DNA from: Anaerolineae bacterium
Lineage (GTDB): Bacteria; Chloroflexota; Anaerolineae; S140-20
Reading direction: 5' to 3'
Length of the DNA stretch: 64,000 nt
Assembly (NCBI GenBank): GCA_027021705.1
Contig: JALUTT010000059.1
Location: 1 to 64,000, forward strand
The position numbers and the translations under genes were made by a program. How positions within the stretch are numbered: position 1 is the stretch's first letter; every line of letters starts with the position of its first letter. A model generated the notes under the pieces. It searched no databases and was not told where the DNA came from. It saw nothing but the letters and a program-made list of their open reading frames with translations. Positions 27,978 through 37,266 of the stretch are shown here, in pieces.

Positions 27978-28772
27978 GTGGAAGCGTTGGTTTTCCTGAA
28001 GTTGGGAGGATCGCTGATCACCGACAAGCAGCGGGCCGAGACCCCCCGCCGAGAGGTGATCGCCCGGCTGGCCCGCGAGGTGCGGGAGGCGCTGGAGGCA
28101 GCCCCGGACCTGCGGCTGGTGCTGGGCCACGGGGCGGGCTCCTTCGGTCACTGGGTAGCCCGGCAGTACGGGACGCGCCAGGGCGTCCACACACGAGAGG
28201 AGTGGCTAGGCTACGCAAAAGTCGCAGCAGCGGCGGCCCGTCTCCACCGCATCGTCGCCGACCTTTGCCTGGAGGCCGGCCTGCCCGTCGTCGGCTTTCA
28301 GCCCTCGGCCTCCGCCCTCTGTCGGAAAGGGGTCCTACGTACCCTCGCCCTCCACCCCATCCACGTCGTCCTGGAGCACGGGTTGATCCCTCTGGTCTAC
28401 GGGGATGTGGCCCTGGACCTGGCCCAGGGGGGGACCATCGTCTCCACCGAGGAGCTCTTCGCCTACATGGCGCAGCGGCTACGGCCCGATCGCATCCTCC
28501 TGGCGGGGGAGGCGGCCGGCGTCTACGACCTCCAGGGCGCAGTCATCCCGATCATCACACCAGCCAACCTCTCGGCGCTGCGGCCGGCGTTGGCGGGCTC
28601 CGAAGCCCCCGATGTGACGGGGGGGATGGCGGCCAAGGTGGAAGCGATGCTGGCCCTGGTTCGGGCCCATCCCGGCCTCCAGGTCCACATCTTCTCCGGT
28701 CGGGAGCCGGGGTTGCTCACCCAGGTTTTGCTCCATCCCGACCTGCCCGTGGGCACCCGCATTCACGCCTAG
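27978..28772 (+). CDS. ipk: Isopentenyl phosphate kinase (amino-acid kinase family)
   Basis: LKLGGSLITDK, HGAGSFGH with the IPK-type His, YGDV, DVTGGMAAK. Confidence 0.8.
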   Translation: MEALVFLKLGGSLITDKQRAETPRREVIARLAREVREALEAAPDLRLVLGHGAGSFGHWVARQYGTRQGVHTREEWLGYAKVAAAAARLHRIVADLCLEAGLPVVGFQPSASALCRKGVLRTLALHPIHVVLEHGLIPLVYGDVALDLAQGGTIVSTEELFAYMAQRLRPDRILLAGEAAGVYDLQGAVIPIITPANLSALRPALAGSEAPDVTGGMAAKVEAMLALVRAHPGLQVHIFSGREPGLLTQVLLHPDLPVGTRIHA

Positions 28773-28812
28773 CCCGCGCCCTGCCGTTCACCATCCACAA
28801 TTTGCAATTCGC

Positions 28813-28933
28813 GTGTCTACTCAGCCTACCCTCCCGCAGGTTACCGGTCGAGGGCGCTTTCAGCCCCGATGGGCTGTTTGAAGCACGGTTTCGCGTCGGA
28901 ACACGTCTAACCCGCGGGAGGGTGAACAGCTAC
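28813..28933 (+). mobile_element. MITE family A copy
   Basis: Matches the other copies; flanked by CAATTCGC (28805-28812, 28934-28941), inside a heptamer-like tract. Confidence 0.8.
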
Positions 28934-28979
28934 CAATTCGCAATCCACAATCCGCACTTGCAGACACCGGAGTGACCCT

Positions 28980-30536
28980 ATGCCCTTCCCTCGTTCCAGC
29001 GGTATCCTGCTGCACCCTACCTCCTTCCCCGGGCGCTTCGGCATCGGTGACCTGGGCCAGGAGGCCTACCGCTTCCTCGACTTCCTTGCCGACCACGGTC
29101 AGACGCTGTGGCAGGTGATGCCCCTGGGGCCAACCGGCTACGGCGACTCCCCCTACGCCACCTTCTCCGCCTTCGCCGGCAACCCGCTCCTGATCGCCCT
29201 GGAGCCCCTGATCGAGGCGGGCTACCTGACGCCGGAGGAGGCGGCTTCGGCCCCTCCCTTCCCCGATGGGCAGGTGGACTACGGCGCGGTCATCCCCTTC
29301 AAGCTCTCCCTGCTCAAGCGGGCCTTCCACCGCTTTCGGGACCAGGCCCCGCCGGAGGAGCGGGCCGCCTTCCACCGCTTCTGCCAGGAGGAGGCGGACT
29401 GGCTCGACGACTTCGCCCTCTTCATGGCGCTGAAGGAGCACCACGGCGGGGCGATCTGGAGCCGATGGGAGCCGGCGGTGGCGGCCCGCCGGCCCGACGC
29501 CCTCGCTCACTGGTCCCGGCGGCTGGAGCAAGAGGTGCTGGCTCACCGGTACTTCCAGTTCCTCTTCTTCCGGCAGTGGGGAGCGCTGAAGCAATACGCC
29601 AACACCCAAGGCATCCGAGTCATCGGCGACATCCCCATCTTCGTCGCCTACGACAGCGCCGATGTCTGGGTCCATCGGGCGCTCTTCCACCTGGATGAGG
29701 CGGGTAACCCGACCGTTGTGGCCGGCGTCCCGCCCGACTACTTCAGCCCCACCGGTCAACTCTGGGGCAACCCCCTCTACCGCTGGGAGGTGATGGCCGA
29801 GACCGGCTATGCCTGGTGGATCGCCCGCTTGCGGATGCTGCTGCGGCTGGTGGACATCGTGCGGTTGGACCACTTCCGGGGCTTCGAGGCCTACTGGGAG
29901 GTGCCCGCCGGCGAGGAGACGGCCGTCCACGGGCGCTGGGTTCCGGGGCCGGGGGCGGCCTTCTTCGAGGCGGTGCGGGAGGCCCTGGGTGATCTTCCCA
30001 TCATCGCCGAGGACTTGGGCTTCATCACGCCCGAGGTGGAAGCGCTGCGGGAGCGGTTCGGCTTCCCCGGCATGAAGGTCCTTCAGTTCGCCTTCGACGG
30101 CGATCCCACCAACCCCTTCCTGCCTCACAACTACCCGCGCAACTGCGTCGTCTATACGGGCACTCACGACAACGACACCACCGTTGGTTGGTTCCAGAAG
30201 GCCCCGGCCGAGGAGCGGGCCTTCGCCCTCAAGTACCTGGGCACCGACGGCCGCGAGATCCACTGGGACCTGATCCGGCTGGCGCTGGCCTCGGTGGCCG
30301 ACCTGGCGGTGATCCCGCTCCAGGACCTGCTGGGGCTGGGGAGCGAAGCGCGGATGAACTACCCCAGCCGGGCCGGCGGCAACTGGAGGTGGCGCTATCG
30401 GGCCGGGGACCTCACCGCCGCCCTCGGCCAACGGCTGGCGGAGATGACGGAGGTCTACGGACGGTGGCCCCAGGACTCCCAGGCCGACGCGGTGATTACC
30501 CATAAGTCGACGCTGGGCGCTAAACCGCCTGGCTGA
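28980..30536 (+). CDS. malQ: 4-alpha-glucanotransferase (amylomaltase, GH77)
   Basis: GILLHPTS, SPY, GDIPIFV, GQLWGNP, RLDHFRG, AEDLG, YTGTHDNDT, RMNYP. Confidence 0.95.
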   Translation: MPFPRSSGILLHPTSFPGRFGIGDLGQEAYRFLDFLADHGQTLWQVMPLGPTGYGDSPYATFSAFAGNPLLIALEPLIEAGYLTPEEAASAPPFPDGQVDYGAVIPFKLSLLKRAFHRFRDQAPPEERAAFHRFCQEEADWLDDFALFMALKEHHGGAIWSRWEPAVAARRPDALAHWSRRLEQEVLAHRYFQFLFFRQWGALKQYANTQGIRVIGDIPIFVAYDSADVWVHRALFHLDEAGNPTVVAGVPPDYFSPTGQLWGNPLYRWEVMAETGYAWWIARLRMLLRLVDIVRLDHFRGFEAYWEVPAGEETAVHGRWVPGPGAAFFEAVREALGDLPIIAEDLGFITPEVEALRERFGFPGMKVLQFAFDGDPTNPFLPHNYPRNCVVYTGTHDNDTTVGWFQKAPAEERAFALKYLGTDGREIHWDLIRLALASVADLAVIPLQDLLGLGSEARMNYPSRAGGNWRWRYRAGDLTAALGQRLAEMTEVYGRWPQDSQADAVITHKSTLGAKPPG

Positions 30537-30653
30537 GAAGGGGAAAGCCCCCTCCGGGGGCTGCGAGACAGCCCGTTAGGGCTTTGCTCCCCTCAGCCCG
30601 GACCTTCCGGGTCCGGGCGGGCCGGGCGGATTCCCGAGATGTGGGTAATCACC
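30491..30653. mobile_element. Element with family C terminal inverted repeats but an unrelated palindromic interior
   Basis: GGTGATTACCCA at 30491 and TGGGTAATCACC ending at 30653; overlaps the malQ 3' end. Confidence 0.6.
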
Positions 30654-30715
30654 GGGGCCAACGGCTTGCCGTAGGCCATCCTTTTCCAGGTCTGTTTTGA
30701 AAATAGGGAGGAGGT

Positions 30716-30961
30716 GTGGCAATGAAGCGCGTGCAGTGGCAAGAGCGCATCGTCATCGAACCAGACCTTCACCACGGTGATCCGTGCATCAAGGGGACCC
30801 GCATCCCCGTGGCGATGATCGTTGGAAGCCTGGCCGACGGGATGACTCCGGCGGAGATCCAGGAAGCCTACCCTCAACTCAGTATGGAAGACATCTTCGC
30901 AGCTCTGGCCTACGCTGCTGAGATCGTCCGCTCTGACCCAGTTCCAGGAGGCCTCCGATGA
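30716..30961 (+). CDS. DUF433 family protein (antitoxin-like)
   Basis: GDPCIKGTRIPV..G..EIQEAYPQLSMEDIFAALAYA. Confidence 0.88.
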   Translation: MAMKRVQWQERIVIEPDLHHGDPCIKGTRIPVAMIVGSLADGMTPAEIQEAYPQLSMEDIFAALAYAAEIVRSDPVPGGLR

Positions 30962-32070
30962 CGATTCTAGGACTGACCACCTCGGAATGGACGGAGATCG
31001 CTCTCTCGGCGCTCATCGTCGTGGTCGCTGCCCTCGTGGGCCGGCTGCTCGTCAGCCTCCTTTTGGACCAAGGGGCACGTCGGCTGGCAAAGCGCACCTC
31101 GACCACCCTCGACGATGCGATCCTGCGGGCCGTCCGCCCTCCCCTTGTCTGGCTGATCGCCGTCCTGGCCCTGCGGATCGCCATCGCCCGGCTGACCTTC
31201 CTGCCGGCGTCGTGGCGGTCTCCCCTGAGCGATCTCTTCTTCGTGCTCTACCTCCTATTGGCCTTCGTCTTCGCTTGGCGGCTCCTCTCCAACCTCTTCA
31301 CCTGGTACGGTCGGGAGATGGCCCGGCGGACGGAGACCCCCCTGGACGAGCAGTTGATGCCCTTCTTCCGGCGGGTGGCCCTCGTCCTCCTGAGCGTCCT
31401 CGTCTTCATCACCTTGCTGAGCCACTTTCAGGTGGATGTGACCGCCTTCGTCACCACCCTGGGGATCGGCTCTCTCGCCATCGCCCTGGCCGCCCAGGCC
31501 GCCTTGGAGGACATCATCAGCGGATTCCTGGTGATGGTGGACCGACCCTACCGCATCGGCGATCGGATTGAAGTCCTGGAACTGAACACCTGGGGGGATG
31601 TGGTGGACATCGGGCTGCGGAGCACTCGCATCCGCACCCGGGACAACCGGATGGTGATCGTGCCCAACTCGATCATCGGCAAGAGCCTCATCGTCAACCA
31701 CGCCTACCCGAACACCCAGTATCGCATCCAAGTGGAGGTGGGCGTGGCCTATGGGACCGACATCGAGCTGGCCCGCCGGACGCTGATCGAAGCGGTGCGG
31801 GGCGTCAAGGGCGTGCTGCCCAACCGACCTGTGGAGGCTCTCTTCCTGCAGTTCGGCGACTCGGCCCTCATCTTTCGGGTGCGCTGGTGGATCGAATCCT
31901 ACGAGGACACACGTCGGATGTTCGACCGGGTGAACACGGCCATCTACAAGGCGCTGAACGAGGCCGGCATCGCCATCCCCTTCCCCCAGCGCGACGTGCA
32001 CCACAAGGTGGACCCGGAGGACGTGGACCGGATCGCCCGCCTCTTCCATCCCCGGGGGGAGGGGCCGTAA
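30958..32070 (+). CDS. mscS: MscS-family mechanosensitive channel
   Basis: LGIGSLAIALAAQ, DRPYRIGDRI, IGLRSTRIRT, IVPNS, IPFPQR. Confidence 0.9.
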   Translation: MTILGLTTSEWTEIALSALIVVVAALVGRLLVSLLLDQGARRLAKRTSTTLDDAILRAVRPPLVWLIAVLALRIAIARLTFLPASWRSPLSDLFFVLYLLLAFVFAWRLLSNLFTWYGREMARRTETPLDEQLMPFFRRVALVLLSVLVFITLLSHFQVDVTAFVTTLGIGSLAIALAAQAALEDIISGFLVMVDRPYRIGDRIEVLELNTWGDVVDIGLRSTRIRTRDNRMVIVPNSIIGKSLIVNHAYPNTQYRIQVEVGVAYGTDIELARRTLIEAVRGVKGVLPNRPVEALFLQFGDSALIFRVRWWIESYEDTRRMFDRVNTAIYKALNEAGIAIPFPQRDVHHKVDPEDVDRIARLFHPRGEGP

Positions 32071-32074
32071 GCCC

Positions 32075-32866
32075 TCAGACCGTCTCCCGCAGCGCCTGGA
32101 TCTCGGCCTCGGTCAGCTCACGCCACCGGCCCGGCTCGAGACCGGACAGCGTGAGCGGACCGATGGCGATCCGCACCAACCGCAGCGTCGGGTGGCCCAC
32201 CGCCGCCGTCATCCGGCGCACCTGCCGTTTGCGCCCCTCGTAGAGGGTGATCCGCAGCCAGGCGGTGGGCACTCGCTTGCGGTAGCGGATGGGAACAGGG
32301 CGGGGAGGGAGGTTTGGGTCCTCGGCCAACCGTTCCACCTCGGCGGGGCGGGTCCGTCGGCCCTCGATCTCGACGCCCTGCCGCAGCCGCTCCAACGCCT
32401 CCTCTGAAGGGATCCGTTCCACCTGCACCAGGTAGGTCCGGGGGTGACCGAACTGGGGATCGGTGAGGCGGTGGATCAGCCAGCCGTCGTCGGTCAGCAG
32501 GAGCAGCCCCTCGCTGTCCCGGTCCAGCCGGCCGGCGGCGTAGACGCCGGTCACCGGGACGTAATCGGCCAGGGTGGGGCGTCCCAGCCGATCGGTGAAG
32601 TGGCTCATCACCCCATAGGGCTTGTAGAAGAGCAGGTAACGGCAGTGGGGGATCGTCAGCGGCCGGCCGTCCAGGGTGATCCGGTCCCGCAGCGGGTCGG
32701 CCCGGGCGCGGTGGGAGGTCACCCGGCGGTCGTTCACCCGGACCCGCCCCTGGCGGAGGGCCTGCTGGGGGTTGGGAACGCCGGCCGCCTCCAGCAGTAC
32801 CGTCAGCAACTGCCGGCCGGCCACGCGGCTGGCGCAGCGAGAGCGGGGTTTGACACGTCGCTCCAT
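32075..32866 (-). CDS. RsuA/RluE-family pseudouridine synthase with S4-like N-terminus
   Basis: FYKPYGV, AGRLDRDSEGLLLLTDDG, EGRKRQVRRM, LRLVR. Confidence 0.9.
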   Translation of the reverse strand: MERRVKPRSRCASRVAGRQLLTVLLEAAGVPNPQQALRQGRVRVNDRRVTSHRARADPLRDRITLDGRPLTIPHCRYLLFYKPYGVMSHFTDRLGRPTLADYVPVTGVYAAGRLDRDSEGLLLLTDDGWLIHRLTDPQFGHPRTYLVQVERIPSEEALERLRQGVEIEGRRTRPAEVERLAEDPNLPPRPVPIRYRKRVPTAWLRITLYEGRKRQVRRMTAAVGHPTLRLVRIAIGPLTLSGLEPGRWRELTEAEIQALRETV

Positions 32867-32927
32867 CGAGCCTCTCCGATGCGTTCTCGACCTTCGGCAG
32901 CCCACTCCTGTCGGCGAAAGCCTGCAC

Positions 32928-32951
32928 GGGCGGGTACGAAACCCGCCCTAC
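32928..32951 (-). repeat. GTAG-type REP palindrome
   Basis: GTAG-GGCGGGT-TTCGT-ACCCGCCC on the minus strand. Confidence 0.55.
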
Positions 32952-32980
32952 GGTAGGGTACGGAAGAGGGACCCCTGACG

Positions 32981-33101
32981 GTATCTATCAGCCTACCCTC
33001 CCGCGGGCCACCGGTCGAGGGCGCTTTTAGCCCCGATGGGCTATCTGAAGCACGGTTTCGCGTCGGAAACGCGCCCAACCTGCGGGAGGGTGAACAGTTG
33101 C
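32981..33101 (+). mobile_element. MITE family A copy
   Basis: Matches the other copies; flanks CCCTGACG / CCTTGACG (8 bp, 1 mismatch). Confidence 0.8.
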
Positions 33102-33192
33102 CCTTGACGAAAGAGAAGAGCCCCCGTTTGGGGGCTCCTGGCGTTACGTCGTTTTCTCCCTCCCGTCAGGCTGGCAAGTTGGGTAGGCCGAG

Positions 33193-33275
33193 TGCCCCGG
33201 AGAGGACTCGAACCTCCACGCCCTTACGGGCACAGGCCCTCAACCTGCTGCGTATGCCTATTCCGCCACCGGGGC
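33193..33275 (-). tRNA. tRNA-Leu (anticodon GAG), CCA not encoded
   Basis: GCCCCGG/CCGGGGC acceptor stem, GCAGG-TTGAGGG-CCTGT anticodon arm, long variable arm, GGTTCGAGTCC T-arm; TTGACA/TATAAT promoter at 33287-33314. Confidence 0.95.
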
Positions 33276-33320
33276 ATCCGGGTAATATTATAATCCATTC
33301 TGTGGCTTTGTCAACCGCTA

Positions 33321-33533
33321 GGGGGAACCCTCCCGCAGGTTCCTCCCACGGCCTAAAGCGCGTTGTAGGCCGCTGCCGGTAAGCCGCTGCCGTCGCCGAG
33401 CACCTTGTGACCTGCGGGAGGGTGATAGGGGGGAACCCTCCCGCAGGTTCCTCCCACGGCCTAAAGCGCGTTGTAGGCCGCTGTCGGTAAGCCGTTGCCG
33501 TCGCCGAGCACCTTGTGACCTGCGGGAGGGTGA
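33321..33533 (+). repeat. Tandem pair of repeat family B units (33321-33425 and 33428-33533)
   Basis: Two near-identical units separated by TA; same element as 12660-12762. Confidence 0.85.
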
Positions 33534-33546
33534 TAATTGAAAAGCC

Positions 33547-33744
33547 CTACTCCGCCAGGCTGGCCACCTGCCGAAGCAATCCGAAGAGGTTGAAGGTCAC
33601 TTTGAGCAGATCGCTCGTCTTAACCTTCGGCGGGGCCTCAGCGCCGCTGTCCTCGACGGCGCGGACGTAAAGCCGGGCTGCTCCTAGGCCAACCAGCACT
33701 CCTACCACGATTCCAATCAGGTAAACCCGTTGCTTCCAGCTCAT
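33547..33744 (-). CDS. Small single-TM hypothetical protein
   Basis: GGAGGA RBS, hydrophobic N-terminus, ATGA overlap with the upstream gene. Confidence 0.7.
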   Translation of the reverse strand: MSWKQRVYLIGIVVGVLVGLGAARLYVRAVEDSGAEAPPKVKTSDLLKVTFNLFGLLRQVASLAE

Positions 33745-34043
33745 TGTTCCTCCTCCCTTCGGATCAGTCTGGGCAGATTTCGGACGAAAAAGCGAACCGC
33801 TGCTGCCGCTGCGGAGGCCCGGATGAAGGGTTCGGCCACTGCCGTGCTCGCCCGATCCGCCCCTTCGGCAGCGCGCCGGGCCAGCCGGCTCCCTTGCTGC
33901 AACGCCGGCCGGGCTGCCTGGTTCACCCGGCGCATCCCATAGACGGCCCCGCCGAAGAGCAGCAGCGGAACCAGACAGAGGATGAAGATTTCCACAACCA
34001 GCAAGATCGCAGCCAGGTCCGCTAGAGTCGAAATGGTCTCCAT
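33741..34043 (-). CDS. Small membrane protein
   Basis: GAGG RBS, N-terminal TM helix. Confidence 0.65.
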   Translation of the reverse strand: METISTLADLAAILLVVEIFILCLVPLLLFGGAVYGMRRVNQAARPALQQGSRLARRAAEGADRASTAVAEPFIRASAAAAAVRFFVRNLPRLIRREEEQ

Positions 34044-34083
34044 ATCGCCCTCACCTCACGTGTTGCGTATTGCGGGTTGCGTG

Positions 34084-36681
34084 TTATGCCAGCGAGACCC
34101 GCTCGGCGGTCAACGAGGCGGCCTCGGCCTGGGCCTCCGCGTAGAGGTCCAGAGGAAAGCGTCCGTGGAGCGGGCTGAGTCGGGCCCCCACCGCCGAGGC
34201 ATAGTAGAGGGTCCAGGCCAGAGGCTTGCCCAGACTGCTCAGCCGGGCCGCCCGGCGCAGTTCCCGCAGCCCATCGTCATCCCAGCCGCCCAGGAGGGCG
34301 TTGAAAAAGCAATAGACGGGCAGCGAGGGGAGAAGGGCCACGACGAAGAGCAGCATTCCGCTGACCGGGTTCAGCCCCACCGCCCCCTCGACGAAGGCCC
34401 CCAGGCTCCGCAGGAGGGCATAGTTGAGAAGGCCGGCCAGCAACGGTGCGACCACCGTCTGCCACCAGGGGATGCGGAAGGAAAGGATCAGCCGACCGTT
34501 GATCAGCCAAGCCGCTACATCCTTCGTCGGCAGGGCGATGATGTAGGCCAACACCAACCCCATCAACTGCAGGCGGGGGACGAAGAGGAGCATTAGGATG
34601 ATGCGCAGTGCTTGCTCCCCAACGATCAGCCACATCTGCAGGTCGGGCCGACCGCTGCCCTCCTGGAATCGGTCGGAGAACCAGGCCGGAAACTGGGCCA
34701 CGCCCCAGAGCCCCATCACCGCCATCAGGGCCGCCGCCCGTTCGTAGCCCGTGCCCAGCGCTCCCAGGATGAAGCGGTCGCCAACGCCGATGAGGGCCGA
34801 GGCGATGAAGGCGCTGAAGAAGCCGCCGTAGCGAAAGCCCTGGGCGATGTAGTAGCGGGTCAGCTGGTACCGCCCGTGGGTGATGGCTTCGGAGATGGCC
34901 GGCATCATGTCCAGGTAGAGCCCGCCGACCGCGCTGTAGGCCAGCAGCAAGCCGTTGGGGGAGACGACGTCCCAGTTGCCCTGGACCTCGGCCCAGTTCA
35001 GAATGAAGGCAGCGGTCAGGACGGTCTGCACCGTGTAGCCCAGCCCGCCGGCCACCCCGGCGACGGCGATGGGAGCTCCGAACTTGAGGGCGCTGACCAC
35101 CGTCTGCCGGTCGAAGTGGGCCAGGAAGAGGACACGGGCCCGATAGCCCAGCCGCCGCAACAGCCAGTAGCCGATGAGGAAGGCCGCCACCTGGGTCAGA
35201 TAAGCCCCGACCCCCAGCCCGAAGACGCCCCCCATCGCGCTTCCGAAGATGGGATGGTTGGCTCCCCAACGCCACCCTAGGAAGTAGACGGCGACCGACT
35301 GGAGGATGACCGGCCCCAGGAAGATTACCAGGTTGAGGGCCTGGTCGTAGTCCTGCTTCTGGAAGGCTCGGAAGACCAACTGAAAGACGGTCAGGAATCC
35401 GGGGAACTGGATGAGGGCGTGGATGATTAGGTAGTAGCTCATGAAGGCGTTGGCCGTGTGGGGCACGATAAAGGCCGCCGCCAGGGCCACCAGTCCCAGT
35501 TGGATCGTCCCCGTGATCGCCTGCCACCAGATGTAGAGCTGACCGTACTTGATCCCCTCCCTGGGATCGTCTATCCGCTTCTCGGCGAAGAACTTGACGA
35601 AGGCGACGCTGGTCCCCCAATCGAAGAGGATCCAGAAGGTGTTGAAGAAAGCGAGGATGATGGACCAGGCTCCCCTGGCCTGGGCGGAGGGGAGCAGGAT
35701 GCCGTAGAGCACTACCTGCTGGTAGGTCATCAGGACGATGAAGAGGACCAGGCCGACGGCCATCAGGAAGAGGAAGCCGGCCAGGGGCCGGTGAAATCCC
35801 ACCTGTCCCCAGTCGCCCGATTCCACCTGACGGTAGCGCCCCACGTCGGCTACCAACTGGTCCAGGGCCTCGGGATGGCGCTGGCTGTAGCGCCGCACCA
35901 GCAGGAACGCCCCCACCGTCCCCGACAGGAGGAGGACTAGCAGGCCGACCAACAGCCCCCGCTCCCGCGCGTGGGGGACGGGGGAGGCGGGATAGTCGGC
36001 GTAGCTCAGGGGCGTTGCTCCGGCCCCCCGCACAGCCAGGTGGTAGACCAAGTAGTTCCAATAGGGCCATTCTAGCAGGTCCCGGTTCTGCTCTCGGTCG
36101 GCTCGGGGCCAGGGGGTGAAGACGTAGACGACCCCCGCCCCGGGTCGGGCGCGGGCCAGCACCGCCTCGCCGTCGTCCGCCGTGCGGACCAGCACTTCCA
36201 GCGCCGGACCGGTTACCGGCGTGCGGGCGCGGATCTGGGGCGCAGAGCGCCAGGCGATCTGCTCCAGCAGAGGATCGCTCACGCCGGGGACCGGCTCCAG
36301 GGAGCGGGGCTCGGTCGGGTAGCCTTCGCCCCGGGTCAGCCCTAGGTCGGCCAAGGCCGGCACCTGGGGATCCAGGCGCGGCCCGATGAAGAGGACCAAC
36401 CCGACCCGTCCTTCCCGCACCGCCTGGATGACGGGCTGGGGAGGACGCTCGTCGTGGGCGACGACAACGTCGGCCTCTTCCAGCCGGTCCACCAACGCCA
36501 ATTGATCGGTCAGCGTGAGGGCCTGGCGGATGACATCTTGGTCGGCGGCAGGGCCGGCCGGACGCAGGTAGTAGACACGAATGGGGGAAGGGGGCTGGCC
36601 ACGGGTAGCATAGGTGGCTCTCCCCACCAACAGCAGGGGGAGGAAGATCAGGGGCAGAAGCCAGAACCGTCGTCGGGACAT
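34084..36681 (-). CDS. Large membrane protein: extracellular N-terminal domain fused to a multi-TM flippase-like (MOP/Wzx/MATE-like) domain
   Basis: Signal-like N-terminus, about 200 aa soluble domain, then roughly 12-14 hydrophobic helices (FDWGTSVAFVKFFAE). Confidence 0.6.
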   Translation of the reverse strand: MSRRRFWLLPLIFLPLLLVGRATYATRGQPPSPIRVYYLRPAGPAADQDVIRQALTLTDQLALVDRLEEADVVVAHDERPPQPVIQAVREGRVGLVLFIGPRLDPQVPALADLGLTRGEGYPTEPRSLEPVPGVSDPLLEQIAWRSAPQIRARTPVTGPALEVLVRTADDGEAVLARARPGAGVVYVFTPWPRADREQNRDLLEWPYWNYLVYHLAVRGAGATPLSYADYPASPVPHARERGLLVGLLVLLLSGTVGAFLLVRRYSQRHPEALDQLVADVGRYRQVESGDWGQVGFHRPLAGFLFLMAVGLVLFIVLMTYQQVVLYGILLPSAQARGAWSIILAFFNTFWILFDWGTSVAFVKFFAEKRIDDPREGIKYGQLYIWWQAITGTIQLGLVALAAAFIVPHTANAFMSYYLIIHALIQFPGFLTVFQLVFRAFQKQDYDQALNLVIFLGPVILQSVAVYFLGWRWGANHPIFGSAMGGVFGLGVGAYLTQVAAFLIGYWLLRRLGYRARVLFLAHFDRQTVVSALKFGAPIAVAGVAGGLGYTVQTVLTAAFILNWAEVQGNWDVVSPNGLLLAYSAVGGLYLDMMPAISEAITHGRYQLTRYYIAQGFRYGGFFSAFIASALIGVGDRFILGALGTGYERAAALMAVMGLWGVAQFPAWFSDRFQEGSGRPDLQMWLIVGEQALRIILMLLFVPRLQLMGLVLAYIIALPTKDVAAWLINGRLILSFRIPWWQTVVAPLLAGLLNYALLRSLGAFVEGAVGLNPVSGMLLFVVALLPSLPVYCFFNALLGGWDDDGLRELRRAARLSSLGKPLAWTLYYASAVGARLSPLHGRFPLDLYAEAQAEAASLTAERVSLA

Positions 36682-36782
36682 CAGGGTCCTATCCGTGCCA
36701 GCCCGGCGTCAAGAGCATTCGGTAGTCCCCTGGAGGAGGACTACCAGACATAGAACGGGAGGTATGGGAGATGACACCCTGC

Positions 36783-36944
36783 CTACTCAGGGATGGGTGC
36801 TAGAGGACTGATCTTCTTGATCTTCTCGATGATCCGCTGGCGTTCTTTGGGGTCATTGGTCTCGGCCAGACGGGCCCGCAGGCGACGCAGCTTGGCCCGC
36901 CGCCGGCGACGACGTCGGATTTCACGATCACGCTCGCGGAACAT
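36783..36944 (-). CDS. Small Arg-rich basic protein
   Basis: AAGGAGG RBS; MFRERDREIRRRRRRRAKLRRLR...IIEKIKKISP. Confidence 0.7.
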   Translation of the reverse strand: MFRERDREIRRRRRRRAKLRRLRARLAETNDPKERQRIIEKIKKISPLAPIPE

Positions 36945-37012
36945 AGGGATCGTTTCCTCCTTTCGCGTTTTCTTGTGGCTTCTCTGGACCGGTCTGCCAT
37001 CGTCAAGGATTG

Positions 37013-37107
37013 GCATCTATTCAGCCTACCCTCCTGCCCCGATGGGCTATTTGAAGCACGGTTTCGCGTCGGAAACGCGCCTAACCTACGGGAGGGTGAA
37101 CAGTTAC
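37013..37107 (+). mobile_element. MITE family A copy with internal deletion
   Basis: Perfect AAGGATTG duplication (37005-37012, 37108-37115). Confidence 0.82.
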
Positions 37108-37266
37108 AAGGATTGTACCTCAAGCTTCCCTCAGAGGCAAGGGGTTTCCTTTGCGGTGATTACCCACAGGCGAGGGAGGGGGAGAGAGAATAGCCTTAGG
37201 GAGGAGAAGGTCTACCGCCAACAAGCCGGAGAGGGCTTGGGATGGCGGTGGGGGGAAAGACCGGCT

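Noticed and set aside
33193..33275. tRNA-Leu as an integration site for an island or prophage
   Set aside because: No integrase and no duplicated tRNA 3' end were seen in the window.
33321..33533. Tandem repeat as a mini-CRISPR
   Set aside because: Units are about 105 bp with near-identical interiors and no unique spacers.
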